A stretch of DNA of 64,000 nt. Source: Candidatus Sysuimicrobium tengchongense. GTDB taxonomy: Bacteria; Sysuimicrobiota; Sysuimicrobiia; Sysuimicrobiales; Sysuimicrobiaceae. A program made the translations under genes and the position numbers. Positions 16,093 through 25,466 of the stretch are shown piece after piece (within the stretch, counting starts at the first letter, position 1; every line of letters starts with the position of its first letter). The stretch is from contig JAVKGW010000001.1 of assembly GCA_031460175.1 (NCBI GenBank), forward strand, positions 469,738 to 533,737. Reading direction: 5' to 3'. A model generated the notes under the pieces. The model was not told the DNA's origin, did no database searches, and saw only the letters and a list, made by a program, of their open reading frames with translations.

Positions 16093-19000
16093 ATGGGACA
16101 CGCCAACCTGCGGCTGGTGCGGGAGGTCGCTGCCCGGATCCCGGACCCGAAAACCCGTTCGCAGATCCTGGGAGAGGTTGCCGGGATCCTGGGCAGGGCC
16201 GGTGCGCCCCAGGAGTTCGAGCAGGCTTTCGCGGAGGCCCTTCAGGCCTTGCGGGAGGCCGTCACGTCGAAGTTCTCCAGGGCCCTGACAAGATCTCGAC
16301 ATGGCCCGGCTGAACCCTCCGGAGACCTCGCCCCTTCGCCTGCGGAAGACCGGGACGAGGCGGACGACCTGGCTGATGAGGACGCAGACATGGAGTCCGA
16401 AGAGCCAGCACCAGACCTCGACCCACTCCAACTGCTCCCTACCGTGACCCGCGAACGGCTGAAGGCCGTGGAGGAAGCCGCGAGGTCAGGGGACGCGCGA
16501 CACCTGCAGGAGGCCCTGGACCTGGCACTGGTCCCTGTGCTCGAGCGGGACGCCCACGAGCGCGCCGCGGCCCTGGGAACCCTCGCCGGGGTCCTTCTGC
16601 GACTCGGCCGCCCCCAGGAGGCCGAGCGGCTCTTTGACGAAGCCCTGCGGGCCTACCGGGACATCCGCGGTATCCCCGGCCCCTGGGGGATTTACGGACA
16701 CACACAACTCCAACGACAGCGCCAGGTCATCGCCGTCTGGCGCCAGGCACTCCGGGAGCTGCTGCACGAAGGCGAGGCGGAGCGTATCCTGCGGTGGGTG
16801 ATCAGGGGTTCCGACCCCGACTTCAACCCTCTGCTCAAGGAATGCGCTTACCCGTTGGCACGTGCCGGGAAGCTGCACCTCCTCCTCGAGCACCTCCCGG
16901 ACCTGGACACGTTCCGGGACACCATCGCGGCGCTCGCCCGTTCCGGCCATCTCCCCGAGATCTCCCTCGCGGTCAACGCTCTGTGTACCCGACCCCACGT
17001 GTTGTCCGGAACGCCTCTCAACAACCTCCTCCCGCGGCTCGCGCAACTGACATCCATACTCGCCGAACTGGGCCTCCACGAGGAAGCGGAGCGGCTTTCC
17101 CAGCTCGGCCAACGCCGGCTCCTGGCGGCCGCCCGAGCTTTCCTGTCGGAGCACGCCTCGAGCCGTCAACCTCCCTCCCTGCCCGAGTTCGCCCTCCTTG
17201 AGGAGGACCCGCCGCCTCCGCACAAACAGGAGGAGATGGAGCAACATGAGGCACAAGAGCCCGAGATGTGGTTCCAGAAGGCAGAAAGGGCCGTGGAAGT
17301 GCTGGAAGAGGCCTTCGACTTGACCGAGTGGCTCTGCGCCAGCGGGCTGTCCGGGGTGGCCGCAGCCATTCTCGATGCCGTCGAGGACTTTCTCCTCTTC
17401 CTGGAGGAGGAGATGGTGGAGGAGGATCTTGGCGACTCGGCAGAGCTGCTCGTCCGTGCCGTCGCCAACCTGGCGGCGGCCGGTCGCGTGAGAGACGCCG
17501 TGCGACTTCTGGACCACCTTTTCCAAACCGCCGAACACGTCTGGGAAGACTATCTCAAGTACGCCATCGCCGCGGACCCCGATGGCGGCTTCCACTCGTT
17601 CCTGGAAGTCCTGCAAAAGCGCTGTTCGGACGTCGTAAGGGCCTTCCTGGACGCGGGTGCACAAGAGGAAGCCCGGAGGTTCTTCCACGCCGTCAGCGCA
17701 GCCTGCGAGTTCGGCCCGGCAGAAGAACGCAAGGCCTTGGAGCCGGTTTTGCAGCAGCTGATGGAGAAAGGAGACCTGGAGGCGGCCCGGCAGGTCCTGT
17801 GGCTGGCCAGGCCCTCCGTGCGGCGCCAGCTGCTTTCCACCATCGCCGGCTTCGCCTCTTCAGGCACAGCGGAGTGGGCGATCCCGTTCGTGCAGGCCGC
17901 GATGCGGGCGGCCGTGAGAGCCGTGTTCGGGCCGGACAAGATTCTTCTTCCTCGATCGCCGCTCGATGTCGAGGAAGAACCCTGGGAGCGGCCAACCGGG
18001 CGGAAGCGCTCTAGCGTCTGGTTGCCGGCAGATCTCCGCTCGCACATCCGAGGGATCGCTTCAGGGTCGGGATCGGACTTGTGGGTCGAGGAGGCCGCGC
18101 TGGCAGCCACCGCCTGCTGGTCCGACGAGGCCCTCGCCGGGTGCGTCGAGGGGCTGGGAAGCCTCGGCCGCTTTGGGGAGGCCCTGGTCCTCTCGTCCGG
18201 CATCTCTGACGTGCCGACCCGTTTCCGGGTCCTGAACGGCCTTCTCTCCCGGATGGAGCAGGAAGGCTACCTGAGCGAGGTCGAGCAGCACGCGGAGTCG
18301 GAGTTCGACCCGGAAACCCGCGCCGTGCTCCTCGCGGCCATCGGGGATCGCCTCCGGGCGACCGGGCAGACCGAAGAGGCCCGGGCCAGATTCCGGGAAG
18401 CCCTCGAAGCTGCTGAGACGGCGGGCCGGTCTGCGGTGCTGGCCCAGGTCGTCCGCGCCGCGGCCGAGCTGCTCCCGGATGCCTCCGAACGGTGCCTGAG
18501 CTCCGTCAGGGGGATCCCGCGCCCCGAGGCCCGGTGCCAACGCCTTTTGGATCTCGCAGTTCCGTCCGCGCAACTCGGCCTGTGGGACATCGTGCGGGAG
18601 GCCATCGAGGTCGGAGTGGATGTCTACGATGAGGGATGGCCCGACTGGGGCGAGCTGGGGAGGAAGCTCGGGGCCGCTGTGGCCTGCACCGGTTCTGCGG
18701 ACGGGATCATCCAACTCCTCAAGACCGTAGCGGGCTGCCTCAGGTTCGTAGACTCCCCGGAGATCGGAGCGCACGAACTCGTCGTCGGTATCTCCGAGGC
18801 TGTGGCCTGGGAGGCCATCCGGGAAGGCGCCCCCGGGGACCTCGTCGAAGCCATGCTGGGGGAACTGAGCGCCTTCCCCCCTTACGCCTCGCTGATGGCC
18901 CTGGTGGGGCTGGCTTCCGTGTATACGCAGGCAGGGCGAGGGGAGGACGCGAACCGCATTCTCACCCAGATCACCGAGGTGGTGGACTCGGCGTTTGCCG

Positions 19001-19707
19001 AGGGCGTAGAAGAATGGGAGGAAGACGCGTGGCAGGGCGCGGTGGGTTACTTGCTCGACGTCGGGATGTTTGACCTCGCTGCCCGAATCGCGGAGACGCT
19101 GGGGGATCCCGACTCGGCCGGCGAGGCGCGAAACCTGGCGGAGTCCGCGCGTCTGCTGCGCTCCGGCGAGCCGGAAGAAGCTGCCCAAAGTCTGCAGAAC
19201 CTGGTTCGCCGGCAGCAGCGCCAAGTCATGACGGCGGTTTTGAGGGAAGGGGAGGCCGACCGGGTGCTGACCGTGGCGAGGCGGCTCGGGGGCGAGGCTC
19301 TGGCGGAAATCGCGGCCTCCGTCGCGCGCCGACTGGTAGGGGAAGGCCGGCTGCAGGAGGCCAGCGCTCTGGTCGGGGAGGTCGAGGACGGCCTGCGACG
19401 AGCAGAGCTCTGGTTGGAGATCGCACAAGCGGCCGCCCGGGATGGGAATCCCGCAGACGAGTACTTCCGGAGAGCCCTGCAGGAGGGACAGGGGGCGGGG
19501 CAGACCTCCCGCCAGCCGGGGCGCCGGAAGGCGGCGGAGCACACGGTTCTGCGGATAGTACAAGCCGCAGCCCGGTCCCTGGGGCCGGAACAGGCCGCAG
19601 GCCTCGCCGCCCTCGTCAAGAACAGGACGTTGCAGGCCAGAGCCCTGTGCTCCATCGCTTTGGCTTCCGCAGGATCCCTCCCACGCCGGGCCGGACGCCA
19701 AGCATGA
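16093..19707 (+). CDS. 1204-aa all-alpha helical-repeat (TPR/HEAT-like) protein, function unknown
   Basis: ATG 16093 lies 6 nt after GGGGAGG. No NTPase or catalytic motif visible. Acidic linker (PAEDRDEADDLADEDADMESEEPAPDLDP). Repeated A/L/E/R-rich helix-hairpin texture throughout. Confidence 0.7.
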   Translation: MGHANLRLVREVAARIPDPKTRSQILGEVAGILGRAGAPQEFEQAFAEALQALREAVTSKFSRALTRSRHGPAEPSGDLAPSPAEDRDEADDLADEDADMESEEPAPDLDPLQLLPTVTRERLKAVEEAARSGDARHLQEALDLALVPVLERDAHERAAALGTLAGVLLRLGRPQEAERLFDEALRAYRDIRGIPGPWGIYGHTQLQRQRQVIAVWRQALRELLHEGEAERILRWVIRGSDPDFNPLLKECAYPLARAGKLHLLLEHLPDLDTFRDTIAALARSGHLPEISLAVNALCTRPHVLSGTPLNNLLPRLAQLTSILAELGLHEEAERLSQLGQRRLLAAARAFLSEHASSRQPPSLPEFALLEEDPPPPHKQEEMEQHEAQEPEMWFQKAERAVEVLEEAFDLTEWLCASGLSGVAAAILDAVEDFLLFLEEEMVEEDLGDSAELLVRAVANLAAAGRVRDAVRLLDHLFQTAEHVWEDYLKYAIAADPDGGFHSFLEVLQKRCSDVVRAFLDAGAQEEARRFFHAVSAACEFGPAEERKALEPVLQQLMEKGDLEAARQVLWLARPSVRRQLLSTIAGFASSGTAEWAIPFVQAAMRAAVRAVFGPDKILLPRSPLDVEEEPWERPTGRKRSSVWLPADLRSHIRGIASGSGSDLWVEEAALAATACWSDEALAGCVEGLGSLGRFGEALVLSSGISDVPTRFRVLNGLLSRMEQEGYLSEVEQHAESEFDPETRAVLLAAIGDRLRATGQTEEARARFREALEAAETAGRSAVLAQVVRAAAELLPDASERCLSSVRGIPRPEARCQRLLDLAVPSAQLGLWDIVREAIEVGVDVYDEGWPDWGELGRKLGAAVACTGSADGIIQLLKTVAGCLRFVDSPEIGAHELVVGISEAVAWEAIREGAPGDLVEAMLGELSAFPPYASLMALVGLASVYTQAGRGEDANRILTQITEVVDSAFAEGVEEWEEDAWQGAVGYLLDVGMFDLAARIAETLGDPDSAGEARNLAESARLLRSGEPEEAAQSLQNLVRRQQRQVMTAVLREGEADRVLTVARRLGGEALAEIAASVARRLVGEGRLQEASALVGEVEDGLRRAELWLEIAQAAARDGNPADEYFRRALQEGQGAGQTSRQPGRRKAAEHTVLRIVQAAARSLGPEQAAGLAALVKNRTLQARALCSIALASAGSLPRRAGRQA

Positions 19708-20813
19708 AGGGGCGACAGAACGGAGACCAACTGAGGCAGGCCCTGTTGAGGTCCAAACCCGGCCCGGGCCCGGATTGTCCGGACGACCTTACCGTGTTCC
19801 ACGCGGCCGCGGGGCTGCTCTCCCATGCCGAGCAGCAGGCCTTCGAGCGCCACCTAGAGGGGTGTCTAGCCTGCCGGGACCGGGAACTCGAGACCCGCAA
19901 GCTCCTGCACTTCGAGCAGCACCGCATCCCCTACCGGATCGACCCTCAGACCGGCCGGATTCGGAGGGTTTCCCGGATCCGCCTCCTGCTCTCGGCCCTG
20001 CACCCTCAAGCGCTGCTCCGCGGGCTCACAGACCTGGCTCCCAAGCGCTTGGCCATCGCCCTCGCCTTTCTGCTCGTGGCCCTCCTGGCTTGGTCCCTGG
20101 CCTCCCCGGCCCTGGCCCGCTCGCCGGCGGTCCTGGCCGCAGCAAAACAGGTGCCCGTGGTCCGCTGGTTGCTCCCGGCCTCGGTGCGGGAGTACCTGGA
20201 GGCGAGCCTGCTCGCGGACCGGATGGGCAGGCTCCCCCTCGGAGGGAAGGAATGGCAGGACCTGGCCGCCCGGGCAGAGGGGCACCTCAAGAGGGCCCTC
20301 CGGATGGATCCCGCCTACGTGGACGCACACATCCTGCTGGGAGACCTGTACCTCGATCGCTCCTCCGTCAACCCGGCTTCCCCCGCTTCCCGCAGGTACC
20401 TGGACCTCGCCGAGGCCGCCTACAGACGGGCCCTCATCCACGATCCCCAGCACATCCAGGCCCGCTACGGTTTGGCGGAGGTCTACGCCACCAGGGGGGA
20501 ATTCGGCAAGGAACTGGAGCAGTACAACGCCATCCTGCGGCAGGACCCGAACGAGCACGATGCCCGACTGTTCCGGGGCTGGGTGTACCTGGAGCGGGGG
20601 GACTACGCGAGGGCCGCGGAGGATTTCCGGGAGCTCCTGAAGGAGGATCCCACGGACTGGGAGGCGGCGTGGGCGCTGGGGCTTGCGCGGGCCTTCGAAG
20701 GAAAGCCCCGGGAGGCCCTCCGGGAGGTGGAGCGCCTGAAGCCCCTCAACCCCGGCCGCGCGCGCCTGCTGCAGCACATCCTGCGGGCCCTGGAGAAGGC
20801 GGGCAGGAGGTAG
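19704..20813 (+). CDS. ZAS-type anti-sigma factor-like protein: zf-HC2, one TM helix, extracytoplasmic TPR repeats
   Basis: H-x3-C-x2-C (HLEGCLAC, 19851-19874), TM LAIALAFLLVALLAWSLA, and C-terminal TPR units (AYRRALIHDPQHIQARYGLAEVY, ILRQDPNEHDARLFRGWVYLERGDYARAAEDF). The ATG overlaps the upstream stop (ATGA at 19704-19707). Confidence 0.7.
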   Translation: MKGRQNGDQLRQALLRSKPGPGPDCPDDLTVFHAAAGLLSHAEQQAFERHLEGCLACRDRELETRKLLHFEQHRIPYRIDPQTGRIRRVSRIRLLLSALHPQALLRGLTDLAPKRLAIALAFLLVALLAWSLASPALARSPAVLAAAKQVPVVRWLLPASVREYLEASLLADRMGRLPLGGKEWQDLAARAEGHLKRALRMDPAYVDAHILLGDLYLDRSSVNPASPASRRYLDLAEAAYRRALIHDPQHIQARYGLAEVYATRGEFGKELEQYNAILRQDPNEHDARLFRGWVYLERGDYARAAEDFRELLKEDPTDWEAAWALGLARAFEGKPREALREVERLKPLNPGRARLLQHILRALEKAGRR

Positions 20814-20820
20814 CAGGACC

Positions 20821-21357
20821 ATGAAGGCCCACCACCGCACCGCTTCAGCTGCCTTGGCGCTTTTTCTCCTGTTCCTGGGAAGCGCCTCGCCCCTGCTGGC
20901 CGGAGGTCGCCTGCTCCTGTTCAGCGACGACGAGCACCGTCGGTTTCTAGGGTGCCTGAGCTGTGGCCGGTTCGACCCGGACTCCGTGCACAACCAGCTC
21001 AGTCGCTACGGGAGCCGCTATGCCCTCTACAGCATCTGGAACCCTGACGGCCCGTACAGATTCCCTTACTCCACCTACAGTGCCTGCAACCCATTCGTCA
21101 CGCGGCCTCCCGTCGTGCTGGGCGAGCACTGGACCTGCTACGGCCGTCTCACCCTCATCCTCTACCTTCCGGACGCCATCCGTGAGTCCGCGGCGGTCAC
21201 CTGGCTGCTTGGTGGCGTGCCGCAGTGGGTGAGGGACAGCGATGGACATCTGTGCAGCCCTTGGGTTGCCACGGCGACGGATGCGGGGATGTTCCAGGCA
21301 AGGAGGAGCGGATCGCTCCGAAAAGTGTTAATAAAAGTAAATAAAGTAAAAGGGTAG
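20821..21357 (+). CDS. secreted Cys-containing protein, function unknown
   Basis: Signal peptide (AALALFLLFLGSASPLLAG). The mature part has five Cys (FLGCLSCGRFDPDS...YSACNPF...WTCYG...HLCSPW). AT-rich K/V-rich tail. Confidence 0.6.
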   Translation: MKAHHRTASAALALFLLFLGSASPLLAGGRLLLFSDDEHRRFLGCLSCGRFDPDSVHNQLSRYGSRYALYSIWNPDGPYRFPYSTYSACNPFVTRPPVVLGEHWTCYGRLTLILYLPDAIRESAAVTWLLGGVPQWVRDSDGHLCSPWVATATDAGMFQARRSGSLRKVLIKVNKVKG

Positions 21358-21380
21358 GCGGAGGTGAGTCGTCTCGTACC

Positions 21381-24300
21381 ATGCGGACAGAAAGCGTACC
21401 GGCCCTCGCCGCTCTGACGTCCGACCAGCTCAGCCAGGTGACTCAATACCTCAACGCGTGGAAGCGCTCTCTCCTCGATCTCTCGGCTCGCAATCGGCTG
21501 CTTCATTTCCACAAAGGCCTGGCGACCCGTGTCCGCCTCGACCGCCCGGGGGTCCATGACCTCTACATGGCGCTCGCCGTCGGGGAGCGGTCGCTGGCTT
21601 TCCCCGGGCCACGAGGCATTGCCGTCGACGACCTTGAGCTCCAAGAGGCGGTCGACCCTTCGGATCGCGTCGCTCCAGGCGACCTGGAGACCGCTCCGCC
21701 GGTCAAGACCCTGAAGGACCTCAAGGACCTCTACCGAAAGCTCGAGCGCCTGCGCCGCGGAACGCGCACGATCTACGAAGAGCAGGGGGTCCACACGCTC
21801 TTCCTCGCGCTCGGTCTGCTGCAATGGCGAGAGGCGGACCACTCTGAAGAGACGATCGATAGCCCTCTTCTGCTCGTTCCGGTCCGTTTGGAGCGAACCG
21901 AGGAGCGCTACCTGCTCTGTCCGCACGAGGACGACGTCGAGGTCAACCCCGCTCTTGCTTACCGGTTGCAGCGCGATTTCGGCTTGACCCTGCCAGGGCT
22001 CGACGGCAATGCCGAGGAGCAGGCTCCCGCTGTGGCACTCGACCGGTTCTTCGGGGAAGTTCGAGATCTCGCGGCCCGCAAGGGCTGGACCGTCGTAGAC
22101 GAGGCATGGCTGGCGCAGTTCGCCTTCTACAAGCTCCCGATGTACCGGGACCTCGAGGCGCCCGGGGTGGCGGAAAGTGCGGCCACGCATCCCGTGGTGG
22201 CCGCACTGTGCGGCTTGCGGGAGCGGTCCGAGCCAGGGCCCGTCGACGTGCGAAGGGCCGAGGAGGAGTATGCCCGGCCGGAGCTATTCCCGGTCCTTGA
22301 CGCCGACTCAAGCCAGCTGGAAGTGATGGAGCAGGTCCGCCAGGGCAGGACCATTGTGGTGCAAGGGCCGCCTGGCACGGGAAAGAGCCAGACCATCGTC
22401 AACGTCATCGCCCAGGCCCTGCGCGAGGGGAAGAGAGTGCTGTTCGTGAGCGAGAAGAGGGCCGCTCTCGAGGTGGTCTACGAGCGATTGGAAAAGCTAG
22501 GTCTGGCCCGCCTGTGTCTCGACCTCCACAGCAGCCGGGCCAGCCGAAAGGCCGTCGTCGAAGACCTCATGGGCAGCCTGGACGACCTGAGGGCCTGGCA
22601 GGACCGAAGCGACCGGGCTGCTTTCGAGCAGTACCAGCGGCTGAGGAGTCAACTCGACGAGTATGTCCATGAATTGCACCGGCCCCGAGATCGTCAGGGA
22701 CGCAGCGCGTTCCAGGTCCATGGAACCCTGGCCCGCTTGCGGGACGTACCGCTGGTGACGGCACGACTTCCCTTCGAACGGATACTTGACGTCGAGCCTG
22801 ACCAAGAGGCTCGGGTCATCGAGTTGCTCGGACGGATCGCCAGGCTTGGTGTGTGGGACCACCAGCGAACCCACCCATGGAAGGACGCTGCACCGTCCGA
22901 CGATTTCGCGCCGATTCCCGACGCGATGGCGTCCCTTTGCAGCACGCTGAACCGAGTTTACGACAGCCTGCTGGCCCTTGCCGGCGAGATGGCCGAGTTG
23001 ACGGGGGTGCGGCCTGCCACGGCGCGGGAGGTGGAAGAACACCTCGATCTCGTGCGGCATCTGGCAAAAAGACCGTTGGTGACCATCCGGGAGTCATGGC
23101 TCAGCGCCGAGGCGGGGCAGCGAGCGTCGCTGGTACGATTCGCACGGGAGCTCGGCGAACGCATGGAACTGAGAAGGCAAGGCCTCGCATACCTTGAAAG
23201 CCTGGGCGTGGATCCGTCAGCCGACGCCGGCGAGTTCCGGTTGCTGTACGGGATGCTGGACCAGGCTGAGAAAGGCTCGTGGTACCGCCGGTTGGTCACC
23301 GAGTGGAAGGCGCAGCGGCGGCTGGGGCAGCTCTTGCGCAGGAAGCTGCGGCGCCGAGAGGCGGCAGCCGTGGTTCGGGCGCTGTTCGCCGTGCAGGATG
23401 CAGAGGCGTGGGTAACGGCCAACGGCGACCGCATCCGTACCGAACTGGGGCTGGAGCCTGCCCCGGATTGCCTGAACCGGACGGCCGATGCCACCGTGGA
23501 AGCCGTCGTGTGGACGGCCTCCACCGTGGAGGCGGCGGGAGGTCAGTTGCCTGAGGCACTTCGGCGAGCGATACTCGCCGATGACCCGGCGGCGATCCGG
23601 GCCAGGGCAGAGGCTCTGCTCGAACGGGCGTCATCCGCTCTCCTTGCGTTGGGGAGCGCGACCGCCGACGAGCACTTCGTCCGACTGTTCCCGAAGGGCG
23701 TCGGCGGGTACTCGTGGCACGATTGGCCTTTGGAGGAGGCCCGGGAAACCACTGTGACCTGGGAACGGGAAGCGGGCCGTTTGCCGGAGTGGCTCGAGCA
23801 CCTGCGGCAGATGCGGGCTGCGGAAGAAGCCGGGCTGTCCCCGTTTCTGACTGCTTGTCAGGCTGCGAGGGTTCCTGCGCGCCGTCTGCCCGATGCCTTT
23901 AAACGGGCCTACTTCACACAGTGGTTGCGGCGTGCGTACGAGAGTTCTGAGGTGTTGCGATCCTTCCAGGGGTACGAGTGGGAGGAGCTGCGCCGCAGGT
24001 TTCAAGAGCTGGATCGGCGCCTCCAGCAAGAGGCTGTAAAGGCGACCTTCGAGATGATAGCGTCGCGCCTGCCCGACCCCCTTCCGGCCGGCGAGTTGAC
24101 CGTCCTCTCTCGTGAGGCGAATAAGAAGCGAAGGCATCTGCCCCTTCGGAAGCTGTTCCCGCAGATCCCCAATCTGCTGTTGGCCGTCAAGCCGTGTCTC
24201 ATGATGAGTCCCCTCTCCGTGGCGACGTACTTACCCTGGCAGGTCTTCTCGTTCGACCTGGTCATCTTCGACGAGGCGTCGCAGCTGTTGCCGGGTGATG

Positions 24301-25466
24301 CCATCGGGGTGCTGTTGCGGGGCCAGCAGGCGGTGATCTTCGGGGACAAGAAGCAGATGCCGCCCACTGATTTCTTCCAGGCTCACGTGGAGGGCGACGA
24401 GGAAGAACCCGACGCGCAGGACTACGAGAGCATCCTCGACATCGCCAGCACCTATTTCCCTGGGCCGATGCTCAAGTGGCATTACCGAAGCCGCGACGAG
24501 CGACTGATCGCGTTCTCGAACAAGCATTTCTACGGGAGAACACTGGTGACGTTTCCGTCTCCCCGGCTGGACGGGGTTGACACAGGGATCTCCTTCGTCT
24601 ACGTCCCCGACGGCGTCTACGGGCGGGGAGGCTCGCGCACCAACGTGGTTGAAGCCAGACGGGTGGCCGAGCTTGTGCTGGAACACTGCCGCACCCGGCC
24701 GGACCTATCGCTCGGGGTCATCACCCTGAGCATCGAACAGCGGGATGCCGTCGAAGAGGCGCTGCGGCGGCTCATGAGGGAGCATCCGGAGCTGGTCTTG
24801 CCCCAAAAAGAGGAGTTCTTCGTCAAGAATCTGGAGACCGTGCAGGGAGACGAGCGCGACGTCGTCATCCTGGATATCGGATACGGCCCGTCGGAGCCCG
24901 GCGGGACCCCGTCGCTTCAGTTTGGGCCACTCAACCGAAGCGGAGGGGAACGGCGGTTAAACGTCGCCATCACCCGGGCCCGGTATCGGATGATTGTGGT
25001 CTCCTCGATGCAACCAGAGCAGTTGAAGGGCATCGTGCATCAGGCGCGCTGGGAAGGCCCCAAGTTGCTCGCGGAGTACCTCGAGTATGCCCAGCGTGGC
25101 GGTATGGGTGCCGGAGTGGATGGCACAGGGCAGCCGGAGAGCGAGTTCGAGGAAGCAGTCCGGGACGCGCTGGTCGCGCGGGGGTATCAGGTCGACTGCC
25201 AGGTTGGAGTCTCAGGCTACCGTATCGACCTGGCTGTGAGAGACCCGGATGCGCCGGGGCGTTACATCGTGGGGATCGAATGCGACGGGGCGACCTACCA
25301 TTCGGCGCGCACGGCCCGTGACCGTGACCGCATCCGGCAGATGGTGTTGGAATCCCTCGGGTGGCACATCGTCCGCGTGTGGTCCACGGACTGGATCCGT
25401 GACCCGGACAGGGTCACCGACCGGCTGGTGAAGTACGTTGAGGACGTTCGATGGAGAGACGGTTGA
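21381..25466 (+). CDS. DUF4011-type SF1 (Upf1/DNA2-like, AAA_11/AAA_12) helicase fused to a C-terminal Vsr/DUF559-like PD-(D/E)xK nuclease domain
   Basis: N-terminal LLDLSARNRLLHF / TLFLALGLLQW / SPLLLVPVRL (DUF4011). Walker A GPPGTGKS (22365-22388). FDLVIFDEASQ (Walker B/motif II). VGDKKQMPPT-like FGDKKQMPPTDFF. WHYRSRDERLI. GDERDVVI, LNVAITRAR (motif VI). C-terminus YRIDLAV...VGIECDGATYHS...GWHIVRVWSTDW (about 25146-25400). Confidence 0.85.
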   Translation: MRTESVPALAALTSDQLSQVTQYLNAWKRSLLDLSARNRLLHFHKGLATRVRLDRPGVHDLYMALAVGERSLAFPGPRGIAVDDLELQEAVDPSDRVAPGDLETAPPVKTLKDLKDLYRKLERLRRGTRTIYEEQGVHTLFLALGLLQWREADHSEETIDSPLLLVPVRLERTEERYLLCPHEDDVEVNPALAYRLQRDFGLTLPGLDGNAEEQAPAVALDRFFGEVRDLAARKGWTVVDEAWLAQFAFYKLPMYRDLEAPGVAESAATHPVVAALCGLRERSEPGPVDVRRAEEEYARPELFPVLDADSSQLEVMEQVRQGRTIVVQGPPGTGKSQTIVNVIAQALREGKRVLFVSEKRAALEVVYERLEKLGLARLCLDLHSSRASRKAVVEDLMGSLDDLRAWQDRSDRAAFEQYQRLRSQLDEYVHELHRPRDRQGRSAFQVHGTLARLRDVPLVTARLPFERILDVEPDQEARVIELLGRIARLGVWDHQRTHPWKDAAPSDDFAPIPDAMASLCSTLNRVYDSLLALAGEMAELTGVRPATAREVEEHLDLVRHLAKRPLVTIRESWLSAEAGQRASLVRFARELGERMELRRQGLAYLESLGVDPSADAGEFRLLYGMLDQAEKGSWYRRLVTEWKAQRRLGQLLRRKLRRREAAAVVRALFAVQDAEAWVTANGDRIRTELGLEPAPDCLNRTADATVEAVVWTASTVEAAGGQLPEALRRAILADDPAAIRARAEALLERASSALLALGSATADEHFVRLFPKGVGGYSWHDWPLEEARETTVTWEREAGRLPEWLEHLRQMRAAEEAGLSPFLTACQAARVPARRLPDAFKRAYFTQWLRRAYESSEVLRSFQGYEWEELRRRFQELDRRLQQEAVKATFEMIASRLPDPLPAGELTVLSREANKKRRHLPLRKLFPQIPNLLLAVKPCLMMSPLSVATYLPWQVFSFDLVIFDEASQLLPGDAIGVLLRGQQAVIFGDKKQMPPTDFFQAHVEGDEEEPDAQDYESILDIASTYFPGPMLKWHYRSRDERLIAFSNKHFYGRTLVTFPSPRLDGVDTGISFVYVPDGVYGRGGSRTNVVEARRVAELVLEHCRTRPDLSLGVITLSIEQRDAVEEALRRLMREHPELVLPQKEEFFVKNLETVQGDERDVVILDIGYGPSEPGGTPSLQFGPLNRSGGERRLNVAITRARYRMIVVSSMQPEQLKGIVHQARWEGPKLLAEYLEYAQRGGMGAGVDGTGQPESEFEEAVRDALVARGYQVDCQVGVSGYRIDLAVRDPDAPGRYIVGIECDGATYHSARTARDRDRIRQMVLESLGWHIVRVWSTDWIRDPDRVTDRLVKYVEDVRWRDG

